A stretch of 49,153 nucleotides of DNA. Origin: Candidatus Limnocylindrales bacterium. Its GTDB lineage: Bacteria; Chloroflexota; Limnocylindria; Limnocylindrales; CSP1-4. The stretch is taken from NCBI GenBank assembly GCA_052038965.1, contig JBQGDI010000111.1, positions 1 through 49,153 on the forward strand, written 5' to 3'. The notes beneath the pieces were generated by a model. The model was not told the DNA's origin and ran no database searches. It worked only from the letters and a program-made list of their open reading frames with translations. Of this stretch, positions 47,887 to 49,153 are shown piece by piece; the first letter of the stretch is position 1; every line of letters begins with the position of its first letter. Made by a program: the position numbers and the translations under genes.

Positions 47887-48843
47887 ATGTTTGCGACGCT
47901 GCTCGGCGGGTTGCCCCAACCGCCGCTCGATGACGCGGGCGGCGGATCGGGCGCCGGCAGCCGACTCGAGCGCGAGGTCGAGGCCGCGGTTCGGGCCCAG
48001 GAGGCGGCCGGCCTCGAGCCCGTCACCGACGGCCGACGATCTGACCAGGCGAACCCTGTCGTCGCGCGCTGGCGGTTGGCGGCAGGCCTGACGGATCGGT
48101 CCGTCAAGCAGGCCCTGCCGGGTCCGTGGGCGACCCTGCGAGCCGTCGGCGTCACGGCCGCCGAACGCCGCCGGCGAGGTGTCGCCGTGGTCGCGGCCCT
48201 GCGCGACGACGTCGAGGCACTCGCCGCCGCCGGCTGCCCGCTCGTCGAGATCGAGGAGTGGGCAGCGGGCCGCATCGGCGACGACACTGACGAGCGGGCC
48301 CTGTTCCGGGACCTTCACGCCAGGCTCCTCGACGGGCTCGAAGGGGTGCATCTGTCCCTGTCGCTGACGGGTCCGGCGGCGGACGCCGCGGGCCTCGAGA
48401 CGATCCTCGCCGCCCCGTATGCCAGCTTCGCATTCGACCTCATCGCCGGGCCGGACAACTGGCGGCTCGCGGTCAACGTGCCCGGCGATCGCGGCGTCGT
48501 GGTGGGCGTGCTGTCGGACCGGACGCGGGGCCCAGAGTCGAAGGAGACGATGCTGTGGGCGGCGCGCTACGCGGCAGCGAGCAACGGCCGCGGGATGGTT
48601 CGCGTGGGGCTCGGGTCAGCTGGGGGCTACGGGCGGCTCGCGTGGGATGAGGCGGTCCGGCGGATGGGGCGTCTCGGCGAGGCGGCGCGGCTGGCGGCCC
48701 AGCCGCCTGGTCCGGACGTCGACCGGCAGCTCGATCCGCGATCGATCAGCGCTCGGACGGCCGCCCTGGGCCACGACGCACCGCGGCCGCGACCCGCTCG
48801 GCGGGCCGGTCCGCGCGGCGGTCCAGGCGGCGAGCCGAGCTAA
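47887..48843 (+). CDS. UROD/MetE-like (cobalamin-independent methionine synthase C-terminal-domain-like) protein, apparently lacking Cys zinc ligands
   Basis: The N-terminus 'MFATLLGGLPQPP' and 'GCPLVEIEEWA' follow the pattern of short MetE-like proteins. The positions expected for H-x-C and the distal Cys read 'VHLSLS' and 'GLGSAG'. The C-terminal ~50 aa are low-complexity. Confidence 0.5.
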   Translation: MFATLLGGLPQPPLDDAGGGSGAGSRLEREVEAAVRAQEAAGLEPVTDGRRSDQANPVVARWRLAAGLTDRSVKQALPGPWATLRAVGVTAAERRRRGVAVVAALRDDVEALAAAGCPLVEIEEWAAGRIGDDTDERALFRDLHARLLDGLEGVHLSLSLTGPAADAAGLETILAAPYASFAFDLIAGPDNWRLAVNVPGDRGVVVGVLSDRTRGPESKETMLWAARYAAASNGRGMVRVGLGSAGGYGRLAWDEAVRRMGRLGEAARLAAQPPGPDVDRQLDPRSISARTAALGHDAPRPRPARRAGPRGGPGGEPS

Positions 48844-49030
48844 ACCGGCTGGCGCGCCGCGACCCGATCCAGGGCCTCGAGGATCGCGTCGGCTGCCTCG
48901 TCGATCGTCCCCAGCGGGATCTCGATGTGCGGCCTCCGCGGAGCCGGTGAGCATCGCGGCGCGCGGGCCGCCGGATGTACGCTACCGGCCACCCGCCACC
49001 CCACCACCCAAGCCCCCAGGGAGCCCTTCC

Positions 49031-49153
49031 GTGACCGTGATGACGCACCAGACGAGATTCTGGCACGGCTTCGCCGACATGCACGTGATCCCCGACCGCG
49101 AGGTCGTCATCGCCCGAGGCGACGGCGCCCTGATCTGGGACACGAACGGCAAG
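49031..49153 (+). CDS. Class III (omega) aminotransferase family protein, N-terminal fragment continuing beyond the window
   Basis: 'HQTRFWHGFADMHVIPDREVVIARGDGALIWDTNGK' is a typical N-terminus of this family. GTG 49031 lies 8 nt after GGGAG; an alternative ATG is at 49040. The frame is open to the window end. Confidence 0.7.
   Translation, partial: MTVMTHQTRFWHGFADMHVIPDREVVIARGDGALIWDTNGK

Noticed and set aside
48840-49007. A short minus-strand reading frame ending '...PHIEIPLGTIDEAADAILEALDRVAARQPV*' that resembles the C-terminus of an aminotransferase, just upstream of the plus-strand aminotransferase gene.
   Set aside because: It has at most about 55 codons from the first possible GTG, no recognisable start context, and too little sequence to distinguish a gene relic from chance. 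I did not annotate it.

Overview
This is a very GC-rich (about 70% by eye) chromosomal segment that looks actinobacterial or Chloroflexi-like. It is densely packed with about 45 protein genes and one tRNA-Lys(CUU). I saw no rRNA, CRISPR array, transposase or integrase. Most long ORFs in the six-frame track are alternate-frame artefacts of the GC content, so calls rest on recognisable protein motifs and start-site context. The main feature is a self-contained sulfation locus at 5.4-13.8 kb, directly downstream of tRNA-Lys. It holds three tandem paralogous sulfotransferase-like genes, a TauE/SafE-type permease fused to APS kinase (CysC), and cysD-cysN, with no reductive-assimilation genes in view. 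Other points: carA carries an in-frame TAG at a conserved Tyr codon and sits behind a PyrR-like attenuator leader. A 1162-aa modular secreted protein is present. An ECF sigma/anti-sigma pair is flanked by membrane proteins with poly-acidic tails. The two-component operon has an 11-bp-phased direct repeat upstream. Many genes have a TANNNT -10 box 6-9 nt before the start codon, suggesting leaderless mRNAs. All functional calls come from motif recognition by eye; no database search was possible.
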